A stretch of 63,989 nt of DNA, the filler included, from Octopus bimaculoides (taxonomy: Eukaryota), in assembly GCF_001194135.2 (NCBI RefSeq). It is 7 parts of 5 records of this genome, joined end to end, with 100 filler letters (N's around TTAATTAATTAA, not from the genome) between each part and the next. Parts side by side here need not be neighbours in the genome. Positions count along the whole stretch, not along the records: positions 49,962 to 52,266 come from NW_026384096.1; positions 52,367 to 60,231 come from NC_068981.1; positions 60,332 to 62,879 come from NC_068996.1; positions 62,980 to 63,989 come from NW_026363150.1; 3 more parts are not named here. One strand, given 5' to 3'. The notes under the pieces are model-generated. The model had not been told where the DNA came from. It did not search any database and was given only the letters and a program-made list of their open reading frames with translations. This document shows positions 50,836 to 63,989 of the stretch, in pieces. The position numbers were made by a program, and so were the translations under genes. Positions within the stretch are counted from its first letter, which is position 1; the number at the start of each line of letters is the position of its first letter.

Positions 50836-52266
50836 TTAAAAAAAGATTGACGTAACTCTTCATGAAGGTAAATAGTCAAGACGAAGAGCGCGATTCGATT
50901 GTATAGATGTTTTATTCGTTGAACAATGTTTCGACAGTACGTCTGTCTTTCTCAAGTTCAAAACAAAAGGTGATTAAAAATTCAAAATTTCAGAAATCTA
51001 AACGTAAATTATGAACGAGAGTAACCAGCGTCCATACGTTGATGGAATGACATCATCAGTTTTTTAACAAGCAGAAAGAAAGAAAAAAATAGAAAAAGGA
51101 AGACGACAGAAAAAAAAGGAAAGAAAAAGAGAGAAAGAAGAATATTCAATCAAACAGTTTTGTATAAATTTGATGATATTCTCCTGTCATCTTATTCATT
51201 CCTCCAGGGCGTGATGTCAATAACCCGCAAATATATTTCTCCTCATACATTCTGAATCTACCCCACTTTCACTTCTCAGAATGACTTGTGGTATTTAGAT
51301 TGTCTTTATACGAGTATATTGCGAAGTCAAGCATCACCAAAGTTTCATTTTACCTTTCATAACTCCTACTGTTTGTAAAATAAAGTGCCGGTCAAGTACT
51401 AAAATTTGCCGCGTTACACCTGTTTCTGTGTTTCAATGTTCTGAGTTCAAACTCCATCGAGTTCTACCTTGCTTTTCATAATTCCAGAATCAATAAAATG
51501 AAGTACTGAGTCAAAAAAAATCCACCATGCCCATCCCACAAATCTATAAATTTATATCTATGTTAGAAGCCAATTTCCAGTATTTAACATTCTGAGTTCA
51601 AATCATAACGAGGTCTACTTTCACTTTCATCCTCGACTAGTCAATACAATAAAGTACTAGTCAAATATGTACTTATATTGGTTTAATTGACTACGTCTCT
51701 AACGCCCAAACACGAGGCCCTGTTCCGCTGTAAGAAATAATTATACAGCTTAAAATATATGTTTTCGTATGACTGTAGTTGCTAGTGGTATCAAAACCAC
51801 ACAAACATTGATGGTGATATCGCAACTATGTGCGTGACCTTTTGGTGTATTGGTACTAGAGGAAAATTTTCAGCGTTTCTTATCCATAAAATAAGTTTAT
51901 CCATAAAATATGACCATGTAATATTGCTAAGATCGATTTATTCGATGATATCAACTAAGCCTATAAAAAAAAATTTGTCCTTGTATCGTATGACAAAAAA
52001 ATCATATTTATATTCTGTTTGTCATAGAAAATTATATACAACTGACTGGAACGGTTCATATATGCATACGCAGACAGATACACTCCTAGACAGCAGGATT
52101 CCCAGACATAATATATGTATGTGTGTTTATGTTTGTGAATAGATGTATATGTATATGTATGTATGAATACACATACGCATATATACAGAGATATATATGT
52201 ATATATATATAGATATGTATGTATGTATCTATATATATATATCTATCTATCTATCTATCTATATAT

Positions 52267-52366
52267 NNNNNNNNNNNNNNNNNNNNNNNNNNNNNNNNNN
52301 NNNNNNNNNNTTAATTAATTAANNNNNNNNNNNNNNNNNNNNNNNNNNNNNNNNNNNNNNNNNNNN
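52267..52366. other. Artificial scaffolding spacer
   Basis: 44N+TTAATTAATTAA+44N. Confidence 0.95.
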
Positions 52367-52372
52367 TATATA

Positions 52373-52408
<36 letters not shown>

Positions 52409-52959
52409 TGTATGTATGTGTGTTTGTATGTATGTATACATAACAAAAAAGTGGATTGGAGACGCATATAAAAGAGCGTATACATCTAAACGCATGCAGA
52501 CATGTACATGCACACACAAAATACATACATATTTTCTGAAGAAATTATATATATGTACACACTTACAAACACATGCACAAACATATATAAAAACGCAAAT
52601 ATACGCATACATACGGATTAAAAAATTCACATATATACATATACATACATTCACTCCTATACTCATATGTATTTAATACTACATTTATATTACTTTGGAG
52701 GAGATGATGCATATGTAAATAATGGCAAGAATAAAATGAAAACATAACAAAAATAACATATAAAAATAATTTAAAGAAATATAAAAAGGCTTTTTAAAAT
52801 AATCGAACAAATAAATAGACAGAGTAACGAAAAGTTAGGATTCTTCGAGCAAAGAAGATTCCTAAAAATATGGAAGATATATTACGAGAAAATATTCTAG
52901 AGGAAGTAGATGCCAAAGTTACAAAACCAGGAATTAAGAGAAGGTTAAATGGAGTAAAG

Positions 52960-53445
52960 GGCTGGACAGTTATAGTAGGGGAATTTATCTTTATATCTTA
53001 AGTATGAATGACATAATTGATGCTGACCGCTATGTTTATTAAAGGAATCATTATATTGCATTATAGTTTTTACTTCAGCAATACAGAGTGCACACTTGTT
53101 ACTATATCCGTTATATGGTCTAGCGTGTTTAACAATGGAGTATTTGATATCGTGATCCACTGAGTTCTGCTTTAAATCGTGGATTAGCCTAGACAAATAG
53201 TACAATTAGTCCTAGTCTCTGATCGAAAGATAGTGTTGTAGTTATGCAATCACGCTTTGAAATTGGGGCTGAACGCACCGACTTAGACAAATATAGATCG
53301 ATCTGTACATATCCTACACTTGTACACAATATTCTTGGCGAGACATTTATTATCCAACAGGAAGAAGGGTGTTGGATAATACGCTGTAGGGTTGGTTTGA
53401 AAGAAGATATCTGTCTTGGACGCTCACTAAATTCCTACACTTGGG
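52960..53445 (-). pseudogene. Penelope-like element GIY-YIG endonuclease relic
   Basis: LDNKCLAKNIVYKC..FV*VGAFSPNFKA*LHNYNTIFR, frameshift, LSRLIHDLKQ..IKYSIVKHARPYNGYSNKCALCIAE matches the C(L)..IVY..YIG..FK.R..H..F..LS..IW.LK..W.I..A.PY..C.LC.E pattern. Confidence 0.85.
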
Positions 53446-53552
53446 TCCCTGGATTGTGTGTGTGTATATATACATATATATAGAAATATATATATATATA
53501 TAAAATAACGTCGACCACTAACGTGGACAATTGATGCGCTAGAAATAGATCA

Positions 53553-53704
53553 CAGCCTGATTTGTAATGAACCGTAATCATCAGAATCGTATACCGAGTT
53601 GCCCACCGCCATTGGTGCGCGTGCATATGGTTCTGCTAATTACAGCTTAATGGTAAAATTCGGTATACGATTCTGATGATTACGGTTCATTACAAATCAG
53701 GCTG
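53553..53704. repeat. Inverted repeat, 48-bp arms, 56-nt loop, right arm overlapping the hammerhead 5' end
   Basis: 53553-53600 pairs with 53657-53704 with a single G:T. Confidence 0.9.
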
Positions 53705-53755
53705 ATGAGGATTAGACAAATGGTAAGAATTTGTTAAATCCGAAACTAGTTCCTG
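53698..53755 (+). ncRNA. Minimal type I hammerhead ribozyme
   Basis: Stem I CAGG/CCTG, core CTGATGA, 13-bp stem II (one mismatch, one G:U), GAAA, palindromic stem III AACTAGTT, GUU triplet; predicted cut after T53751. Confidence 0.75.
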
Positions 53756-54642
53756 TTTAATAATGCTTGTTTAGGTGATTTTAAATGTCTTGCCAGCTCA
53801 CGTTTTTNNNNNNNNNNNNNNNNNNNNNNNNNNNNNNNNNNNNNNNNNNNNNNNNNNNNNNNNNNNNNNNNNNNNNNNNNNNNNNNNNNNNNNNNNNNNN
53901 NNNNNNNNNNNNNNNNNNNNNNNNNNNNNNNNNNNNNNNNNNNNNNNNNNNNNNNNNNNNNNNNNNNNNNNNNNNNNNNNNNNNNNNNNNNNNNNNNNNN
54001 NNNNNNNNNNNNNNNNNNNNNNNNNNNNNNNNNNNNNNNNNNNNNNNNNNNNNNNNNNNNNNNNNNNNNNNNNNNNNNNNNNNNNNNNNNNNNNNNNNNN
54101 NNNNNNNNNNNNNNNNNNNNNNNNNNNNNNNNNNNNNNNNNNNNNNNNNNNNNNNNNNNNNNNNNNNNNNNNNNNNNNNNNNNNNNNNNNNNNNNNNNNN
54201 NNNNNNNNNNNNNNNNNNNNNNNNAAAGTAAGTTGATAACGTTTAATAACAAATTAGGATTGTTGTTATGTAATGATTATAATAATTTGAAAGTCTCAAA
54301 TATAATCATGTAAAGATTACAATAATTCGAATATGTCAAAAATAATCAAATGATGGTTTTATGTTATTTGGTAGAGTGTGCAGATAAAATATTCTCTCGT
54401 ATATTTAAATAATACACATTGGTAGGAAACAAAAATTTAGAGAAGTATAAGGAATATGTGTAAGTAAAAGTATTAATTTAACGATATAAAACGAGAATTG
54501 CCAATAGTTGGTAGGTAGGTAAGTATGTGTGTGTATCTTTGTAAGTGAGTTCTGCATATGTGTAGGTGTACAAATAGGGTGCATGTAGATCTAGAAGATA
54601 ATAGTATATATGCATAAATGTCTTTATCGGTGTGTATGTGTC

Positions 54643-54733
<91 letters not shown>

Positions 54734-55506
54734 ATATGTGTGTGTGCCTGTACGTGTGTGAATTTATGTACAAACCAGGTGAATGGACGTCAATATGTAT
54801 AAATGGGTAAAGAGGAATACATCTCTATGTAAGATAGGAATCTTGTTGACTGTCGAAAAGATGATTTTTTTCGGAAAAAGAATAATTGAAATTAAATTTT
54901 TAGAGTGAATACACAGACGAGTAGATATAATATTGGAAGTCATGATAATGGGTCATTTGAAGCAAAACACTTGTAGATAAAGATAGAAGATACTTCTAAT
55001 CCATGTCCTAAGATAGAAAAGGGACGAGGTCACAACAGAATAAAAAAGACAGGATGTTAGTTTCGATCTGCATTTAAACATTTATTTGTGATTTTTCCAT
55101 CCAATAATGAGTTTGGTTTATTTGTTTCGAAATTGGCATTTTTACTTTTTATTTTACTGTTACTATATATATATATATTTTTTTTTTTTCAGTATTTGTA
55201 ACTTGTGCCACCTTGAATTTATGAACTACTCGGAAAAAGAAAGAAAGCTAATTTCGCAAAGGCACGTAAAAGAGAGTAAAATGAATGTGAGCCAGCAGTG
55301 CTATGAAAGCAACCTACTTGATGAAGTGCCGGCACACAGCTGTTGCTGAATCAGAATTCTTTCTATAATAATTTATAAAATAATTTTATGTAATGGTATG
55401 AGAATGAAAACTCACCAAATTGGAAGTGTTGCCATCGCACAGAAACAAATGTAATTTGAAAATTAAAGCTTGCTTATCCCATCATCTTGTTTTATATATA
55501 CATTCA

Positions 55507-55559
<53 letters not shown>

Positions 55560-55569
55560 TTATATATAC

Positions 55570-56400
55570 ACACTTTAGTATCATCCTAATGTTATTTTGA
55601 AGTGAAATCAGTTCTTCCTCCATTATGCTTGTTGTCAAAATACTAATATCTAGGAGTAGATTAATCACCCCGACTGATATTTTAAGCAAAAATAGATATT
55701 CTCAAATCTGTTAGACGTTTTCTGTGTAGCTCAACCATGTGTGAACAATAGACTTGGAGGTCATCTTCTGGTTTGCAATTTTTCTTCTCCAATAGAGAGA
55801 GATTCGGAAACTGAAAAAACTAACAACAGTTTATATTATATTTGAATCACACTGTAACATGGACAGAAGCATAGAAAAGGCTAATTATACATTGATAGAG
55901 CTTAACCTCATTGTGGATTGTGGGTTTAAATTAACTTCATTGAAAGTTGTGAATATATTTGCCATATAAGCAATGTCATACTTGATCTTTCTTAGTTCAT
56001 CATTAAGAAGAGAATAAGATAAGAGTCTGAATTCGGAAATAAAAAAACTTCTCAGGTAGTTTCTCCTTGACACCCTTCGAAATTTTGTATGCAACAACAA
56101 AGATTTAAAATCTTTATCATTCTCAGTGCAGAGCTGATGAAACAGTGGGAAATTGAAAGCATGTGCCTTGATTTTATTTACTGTTGTGATCTGTTAATTC
56201 TATCACATAAGTTAATTGTGGCCGGCTATTTCCTGTTACAATAAATTGATGAAGCAGCCATGACAACCTGCCACGGATGTGTCCCATATAGCTAAAGTAC
56301 AAAATACTGATTCCTGTTATATTTTTAGATGTATTACAAATAGTTACTCTAAAACCAAACGAAGTATACATAAGCAAGAAACAAACTTTTATTGCTTGAC
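55570..56400 (-). pseudogene. hAT (Charlie/Buster-type) transposase relic
   Basis: VNKIKAHAFNFPLFHQLCTENDKDFKSLLLHTKFRRVSRRNYLR (cf. LLLHTEVRWLSRG), DIAYMANIFTTFNEVNL (cf. LAYLADIF..LNELNL), EDDLQVYCSH, MEEELISLQN. Confidence 0.85.
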
Positions 56401-57508
56401 AAAAGGGATTGATTTAACTCTAATCAAATTTTGGTTGTTCTAAATATCTTGCACAATATATCTTCAATATTACAGCATTCCACATTTTGAGATACTCGAA
56501 TTACGCATTTTTAGAATAAAAATTTCGTACTCCCACCTCTTCACTTTAATTTACACGGTTAAACTTCTCCGCCGCAAAACATCCTGAAGAAATTTCAATT
56601 TAAGAGTGATAGCTTTTCCAGTTTTTCTTCTATAAAGATACGGAGTACAAATGTTTCAAAATGTGAAATATTACAATACGATGAAAACTAACAAGAAAAA
56701 AAAATAGTGGTAGCTTGTGCTCCGAAAATACGATGAGGGTGTGAGTAGAAGACTTTGCACAAAACATGGATTTAAAAAATATATTTTAAAAAGTCCGCAC
56801 GCGAGTGTTTAAAAATGAAGGATACTTATAAAATGTGGAAAAATTCCAAACACCACCAAAATGTTTGATTTATATAAGACAGTAATTGTAGAATTTCGAC
56901 ATTAAAAAACAACAAAAATAAGCTCAATTACAACTCAACTACTGTAACGTTGTGTACTTCATACGATACTACATCAATGTTAAAGCAAAAAAAAAAAAAA
57001 AAAATTATAGTATTTATATTTATAACATTGTTTTAATCAATTAGATGGGGCCTGTAATGAAAGCAAATGTACGAGAGCAAATTCCAAAGTTTGTCTACGA
57101 CTGAGAATTTGTAAAACTAAAATCATTGAAAACAATTGTATCTGAAATACGTTGAAATATTTATTCAGTTATTTACTTAGAATAAAAGTCAAAATACCGA
57201 TTATGGAAGATATGAACACTTTCTTAACTTAACCTTAAAACTATAAGCTTGAGAAAACAGCTGTGCGAAATACATCAAAGTAAAAATTACAGTTTTTAGA
57301 AAGAAATAATTTGTTTAGAGAACATAATCAACCTGTCTGCTTGTCTTTCCGTCTGTCTGCCTGTCTGTCTGTCTATCTCTGTCTATTCCCCCCTCCATCT
57401 CTCTCGCTGTCTCTTATGTCCATCTCTTATGTTCCTGCATTTAAGCTTTCACTTCATACACGCCAGCTCAATTTGATTCGCTCTCAGTCGAAACATATTT
57501 TTCATATT

Positions 57509-59182
57509 TATACTAGCAGAGATACCCGGCCTTACCCGTGTCATATGGAATTGAAGAATTAGACTTTTTTAATTAATATTTTCTCTAAAAAACTGAAATT
57601 TCTATGATTCGAATTTCCTCAAAATTGCATATGAAGAATTTTAATGAGGGTTCTTTTCCTCTTTACACACCCCAACAAAAATTCTAATCATGACACATTT
57701 ATCCCATACTACTGATCTTTATGCCCAGATTCCAAAATTCAAATCTTATGAAACGTATTGAAAGGTTTTTGCTCCTGAAAAATGCAGCTCATGGAGCTCT
57801 TTGTGGGAGTGAAGCCCCTATTGGTGGTGGGGGGATCTTAAAGTTAACCAGAGAAGTTTAATTTTTGGGAATCTTTTTAACTTGGGTTTTATATCTATTG
57901 TTCAAATTTCTTTGAAATAGGAAATATATGTATGTTCACTGGGTTTGTAAAAGAGCAAAGCTACAGGAAACCAAAAGATGAATGATCACAATAAGCAGTC
58001 AGCTACCCTACTCTAGTCGTTAATACTTCCCCAGTGTAGGATTCCACACCATACAGGTGTCGGGCACAGCCGTAAGATGCATTACAGATCTAAAGCAATT
58101 GGAGGGACATGACCCAATTCAAATAAACATTAACAACTGTGTGACGTGAGGGCTAAGGAGAAATGAAAGTGTCATATCTGGAGTTTGCCAATGATCACTT
58201 TGCCGATAGGTAACTGGACAGAATAAATTTGCAATCTATAAATGTCTTTGAATAACCAGTCACTTATCTGGGAAGGCCTTGAAATCAATGTTACCATCTG
58301 GAGACTATGTGTGACCCAGTGATAATAAAAAGACTCAAAAGTGCTCTGCAACCAAATAACTTTACTCAACACTTTGCAACTGAATCAGTGGAGGTAAAGA
58401 TGCCTCGCCTTTAGTTAACAATTTATACACCACATTGCAGAAATCACAATCTAAATATATCTCAAAACAAAATCTTACATTGTTGTACCATTGAATGACA
58501 AATAACGGGTGACCCTACAGCTTCCAAGAGAAAAATTGTATTGTCTTTTCTTAGGAAAAATAACTAAATTGTGGGTGTTAAGTCCCCATGAAGGGGTCTT
58601 TGTAACTTCTAAGAAGTTAAAATTTTAGAAATATTACTTCATTTGTGTCTAATATCTATGGTTAAAACATCATCAGCAGCAAAAATATATGAATTTTCAT
58701 GGGGGCTATGGCCTCATTTATGCCCCCTCACTTTTAAAGATATACTGCATTACATCTGCCCTTATGCATAGAATATAATTTCCAAATTTCATAAAGATCC
58801 ATTCAGTACTTTTGACCTAGTTTTGGATCATAAAAGTGACTAAAATTTGAGAGTTAAGGCCCCCATTAGCGGGTGTTAGAATCGTCATGAGAAGTGAAGA
58901 ATTTTGGGAATACTTCTTGATGTCTGTTGAAATTCCATCAACATCGAAAATTTATGAATTTTCATGGTGGGGTTCTGCCCCCTTTAAGCCATCTCACTCG
59001 ACCTTATGCATTGAATCTAAGGATCCATTCAGTAATTTTGGTCCATGAAATTGTATGTAACATATAGCATTACCCTTCTCCCTAGGCTTGGATTTTGTGT
59101 TCCAAATTTCATTAGGATCGGTGCAGTAGTTTTCAATTGTATAAGTAACACGCATAAAGACATTGACTTTTATATAATAGAT
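57509..59182 (+). mobile_element. Non-autonomous Helitron-like element with ~265-bp internal subrepeats and a unique insert
   Basis: 5' TACTAGCAGAGATACCCGGC and 3' CCAAATTTCATTAGGATCGG..TTTTATATAATAGAT resemble recalled non-autonomous Helitron ends; repeated ATGAATTTTCATGG, CCTTATGCAT.GAAT, GATCCATTCAGTA motifs. Confidence 0.55.
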
Positions 59183-59205
59183 ATGAATATATATGAACAT
59201 ATACA

Positions 59206-59246
<41 letters not shown>

Positions 59247-59307
59247 GAGAATATACAAATAATAACAACAGACGAGGACAGGTGGTGNNNNNNNNNNNNN
59301 NNNNNNN

Positions 59308-59366
<59 letters not shown>

Positions 59367-60187
59367 TATATATATATATATATATATGCACATATATACA
59401 CAAAAAGATACATTGATAGATACAACTGAGTGGGCAGACAAAAATGTGAGACACTGCTTGGTGCATTTTTTATTTTGATAAGCCTAGTACTTATTCTATC
59501 AGTTTCTTTTTGTTGAACTAGTAAGCTATGGGGATGTGAATATTTTTTCTACCTTGTTTCACATTTATATGCTTACTCCAGTATATATATATTATTTTTA
59601 AGGAGCACGCTTCGAGAGTTGCATTTCCCTCGCGTTCGGCACACTGTATTTATTACGGTAGTTTTGACTTTGAGTCCCTCATAGCGTGAGGCATTTATGT
59701 ATAGTAATGCCCTTAATATAAATAAATATATTTATAGGGAATAAATAAAAAAAATTCTCTTATGAGGTATTTTACGCTGACTACTTGATAAATTCTTATA
59801 AAGATTTTATCGTATTTTTAAATTATATATATATACATTTAAATTAGCCTAAGTTTCTTCTTTAATGTGGACATAAAGGAAAAAATCTTGTTCCTCTAAT
59901 CCATGTATTGGTTGGAGGTTCTCGGGTGTTTTAATATATCTTGTTGGAATTTAAAAGTAAACCACCGGACACTTAGTAAACCATTAGCATCTGGTTTACA
60001 TCGAGTTACTGTAACGTAGGTTATCTCCCTTGTATTTATGTAAAATCTCGTGCTTAATTAAAAAAAACAAGAAAATGCAAAAATTCATCTCTTAGGAAGC
60101 AAAAAATCCGGGCATTTTCGACCATGAGGAATCCATTGGTGCGACTCCCAGATTGCCATCTTGTAAGGTGTGGATTTCTATAGATGC

Positions 60188-60231
<44 letters not shown>

Positions 60232-60331
60232 NNNNNNNNNNNNNNNNNNNNNNNNNNNNNNNNNNNNNNNNNNNNTTAATTAATTAANNNNNNNNNNNNN
60301 NNNNNNNNNNNNNNNNNNNNNNNNNNNNNNN
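60232..60331. other. Artificial scaffolding spacer
   Basis: 44N+TTAATTAATTAA+44N. Confidence 0.95.
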
Positions 60332-60624
60332 TATATATATATATATATATATGTATGTATTGTTTTATTCTTCTATTTGTTTCTGTCATTTGACTGCGGC
60401 CAATCGAACAAATCGACCCTATGACTTGTTCCTCGTAATCTTAGTACTTATTCTATCGTTCCTTTTTGGCCGAACCGCTAGGTTACAGTGCCAATATCGG
60501 TTGTCAGGAAATGGTGAGGGGACGAACTCAGCCTCACAATCATATTTTTTTAATATTATTAGTTGCAGCTCAAAGCTCTGGCCATGCTGCAGCACCACCG
60601 TTTTGCAACCAAATGCGGGCTCCA

Positions 60625-61370
60625 TGCTTCACTTAAGCAATGCTTCTTTCATGGGACAACTTGTGCTGCAACCAAGAGAGGCATGTAATATACTGGATCT
60701 CTGCTTCACAAACAATATTGTCATTATCCATAATGTTAAAATGACACCTACGCTAGTAGCGGACCACAGCATAATAAAGTTGCTTATGTATGCACCAAAA
60801 AAATCAGCAGACATGCAGCCAATACGAAGCACCCAAAATATATCCAAATTGAATGTTCATATAGCAAACTGGAAGTTGGTTGAGAAAGAGATCCTCAGAC
60901 AGGATTGTTTGTTATGATTCTTCATACCAGATACCGAGATGAAACGGAAATATTTTATGTCCATAATGCAAGTCTGTCCCAGAGCGCAAGGTCAACATGC
61001 ACAAAAACAGGATCCCTATGGAAATAATGATTCTTTTGTGACGACGGACAAAGATTGCGAACCACCTGAACAGCCACCCCAAAAGTGGTGAGAAGACTTG
61101 CCTGGAGAGGACGCTGTTGGAGATTGAGAAAAGCCTGCACCAATCTCACGAAGAAGAGAGAGCGGATAAGCAAGCTTTGGTTATAGAAAATATTAAGTCG
61201 AGTCGTAAAACTTTCTTTAACTTTGCCAATGAAACAGCCTCAGTACGCCATAAGATAGGAACCCTCTTCCAAAAATATGACTCCTTCACAGAAAATCCAC
61301 TGAGGATAAGTGAAATACTAAACAAGCAGTACACATCTGGTACACAGACAAATCAACAGAATTCTTGGCC
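60625..61370 (+). pseudogene. CR1/L2-type LINE ORF2 relic (APE end + linker)
   Basis: QLVLQPREACNILDLCFTNN..VADHSII (cf. Q.V..PTRG.NILDL.FTN..SDH); IENIKSSRKTFFNFANE..VRHKIGTL..DSFTENPLRISEILNKQYTS (cf. IK.NPK.FY.Y..IGPL..L.E.LN.Q). Confidence 0.8.
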
Positions 61371-62532
61371 ACTTTACCTGTAACCCAGCAGCCCTTCTCA
61401 AATTGTGCAAACGAGCCCTTGCAGCTTCTCTTTCAGAGCTTTCTTGCAAGTGGTAAACTCCTAGACAAACTGAAAGAAGAGATATTTTCCGTTACAGGGT
61501 CTTTTGTACTCTAATATTAACGTCTTCTGGACTCTGATATTAGATTACTTTCTATAGTCAATACATGGGGTAAGTGTTTAAGACTATTTACAAAATGTCA
61601 ATCGTTTACGCGCACACACACATACACACACACACATACACACACACACACGCACGCACACACACATTGGTGTGAAAACACATTCAAGCGCAAATATTAT
61701 CAGCTTTCTACGCCCACTTAAGTGTGTGCTTTTCTACGTATATCACTGAAATACAGTTGTGTTGAAGCAGATGTATAATGACCTTGTTACAACCTATAAA
61801 GTGGATGACTTTGTAAAAATATCATCTAAAACCAGAGATATTTTGTATCATATTTAAAATAATATTGTTTCACTCACAAAAGTTTCATCTTCACCACAAC
61901 ATTTCTCATTTTCAGCTACGGCTCGTTTTTTACATGACCGCAGTCGGGCCTAGGTCGTCTATGTTTGTCAGCAATCTGAATTTTGTGTAATATTCACATC
62001 TTACTCAGATATGGTATATCTCAGACTTCATTATGCAATATGCCTTGGCATATTAATATTAGCGGTTATGTTGTTATTCTCATGATTTACAACATATTGT
62101 TGAGGAAATTCATAACAATAAAAGAATATCTAGGCTGCTTTTACGAGTAAGATCGTATCTATTCAGTCATACGAAAACTGAGAATAAATTATGGAGAATA
62201 AGTGTTATGACAAACACAAGTTTTTGATATGTTACTGTATCATTAACACATCAGAAATTTATTGAAACCTCCGAACTGCTCTCTATAATTTTCTAAACAA
62301 TGCCAAGCTAAGATTAAATATATTTAGTAGATTTGCATCACTTAACTAACCTCAGATTTATTCATCTAAATGTGTGAAAGATTGAAATCTGATAGCATAA
62401 TTATAATCGATATATTAAAGAATTAACTTGCTAATACTTTAGGTCATTTTCAGAAAAGTTCAAATATAAAAAAGAAAAAAGCTTAAATTTTATTGTCAAT
62501 TTATTGGTATCTTCGTGCAGGCACGCTGCTTA

Positions 62533-62593
<61 letters not shown>

Positions 62594-62879
62594 GTCTATC
62601 TATCTATCCATCTATCTATAGGGAAGTCTTGTCTAGTGAATGCTTCAAAAAAAGATGGGTGAATGTAGCAAGGATGGCACGTGTGAACGACGGAGCCATC
62701 TTGAGCATAACCCTATGAACAAGAAAAAAAAATAAAACAAAAAGGCAAAAGAGAGTCACTTACTGTTATAGTTTCTTCAATGAGAATATTGACCAAGGTT
62801 ACCGTGGTCTTTTCCGTGGGCTTTTCCTTCCACGGCTAAACCTAAACTGTCCTCCCCTCTTTTTACACGAGAACATTAC

Positions 62880-62979
62880 NNNNNNNNNNNNNNNNNNNNN
62901 NNNNNNNNNNNNNNNNNNNNNNNTTAATTAATTAANNNNNNNNNNNNNNNNNNNNNNNNNNNNNNNNNNNNNNNNNNNN
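62880..62979. other. Artificial scaffolding spacer
   Basis: 44N+TTAATTAATTAA+44N. Confidence 0.95.
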
Positions 62980-63021
<42 letters not shown>

Positions 63022-63054
63022 CAAACAGAGAAAGAAGAAGGCTAGCTAGCTAAC

Positions 63055-63117
<63 letters not shown>

Positions 63118-63951
63118 GAAATTACGAAAGACATAAGTTTATCTCATTTCTTACTATGTATGTTTCCTATTGTGGTTGCTTGGTACTCTGCATTGACTAC
63201 CCCAAGTGTAGTTGGATCTTAGTCACAGCGGTTCATCGGGTAACACTTTATTACTTTATGTTAGCGAGAACTAGCATCTGAATTTGGATAGATGGTCAGA
63301 CATTTTGTAAGTGTTTTGAAAGAGAATTAGAAAGAAAGCAAAGGGCATAGAGAGAGAGAGATAAACTGGGGCAAATAAACAAGAGACAGGGAGAAAGGAG
63401 TCGACAAAATAAAGTAGAGAATGAGAAAAAGGAGAGAGAGAAGAATTGAGAGAAAAGCAAGACACAATTGTAATTAAAGAAAGAAAAACCTGAACTAGAG
63501 AACCATAAAAATTAGTATACAAATAAAAAAAACATTTAAGCAAAGTAATAGAATAAGTGTAATACATATAAATACACCTAAGAGATAAAGGATGTGAGAG
63601 AAAGTAAAAAAGCATGTCATAAAAGGGAGTAGGAGGGAGATAGTGAAAAGAAAGAGATTATGGAAAAGAAAGGGTTTCAAAATGTTTAGTGATTTAACAT
63701 ATCAATTGAAACCAACAGAAATTGGGAAATGGTTATAAATTCAAATCCATCAGCATATGATGTTATGAGAAGGTCATGGCCTTAAAAAAGCTGCATAGGT
63801 GCCAGAAGGTAAATTTGTATATTTCAATACGACATCTAAACAAACATATACTTTTAGGTAGAAAAGTATAGATTCACACAAACAGACACATACATCCACA
63901 TGCGGGTACATGCACCCCTAGGCACACGGACAAACCGACACTATCTATCTA

Positions 63952-63989
<38 letters not shown>

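Noticed and set aside
56129-56165. CTGATGA...GAAA hammerhead-like words
   Set aside because: No stem II pairing; it is the antisense of hAT coding sequence (FPLFHQLC).
60351-60917. 188-aa ORF as a host gene
   Set aside because: Chance fusion of SINE fragments with a CR1-type endonuclease remnant.

Overview
AT-rich, repeat-dense eukaryotic DNA, not microbial: no CRISPR, rRNA or genuine tRNA gene. The SINE families and compound microsatellites suggest an octopus-like cephalopod (inference). Six artificial 100-bp spacers (44 N + TTAATTAATTAA + 44 N) show that at least seven sequence pieces are joined here. Most listed ORFs are microsatellite read-through. Host coding signal: (i) a + strand spliced gene (37591-42419, probable last exon 44794 or 45052) encoding a signal peptide and a divergent MAM-like domain, with all introns in phase 1 and one probable GC-AG intron; (ii) a convergent - strand gene fragment (47813-47670, 47380-47190/47246, possibly 45202-45030) of unrecognised product. 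The rest is tRNA-derived SINEs, fold-back/MITE elements and decayed relics (mariner x2, hAT, Penelope GIY-YIG, CR1, RTE, CRE-type, Helitron-like). Best leads: two structurally complete minimal hammerhead ribozymes (2379-2426 with U3:A8 covariation; 53698-53755), each overlapped by an inverted repeat able to sequester it; an old ~1-2 kb inverted duplication bracketing exons 1-4 of the secreted-protein gene; and a segment (45030-45245) that looks like a spliceable terminal exon on both strands. All calls are by eye; no searches were run, and repeat boundaries and identities are approximate.
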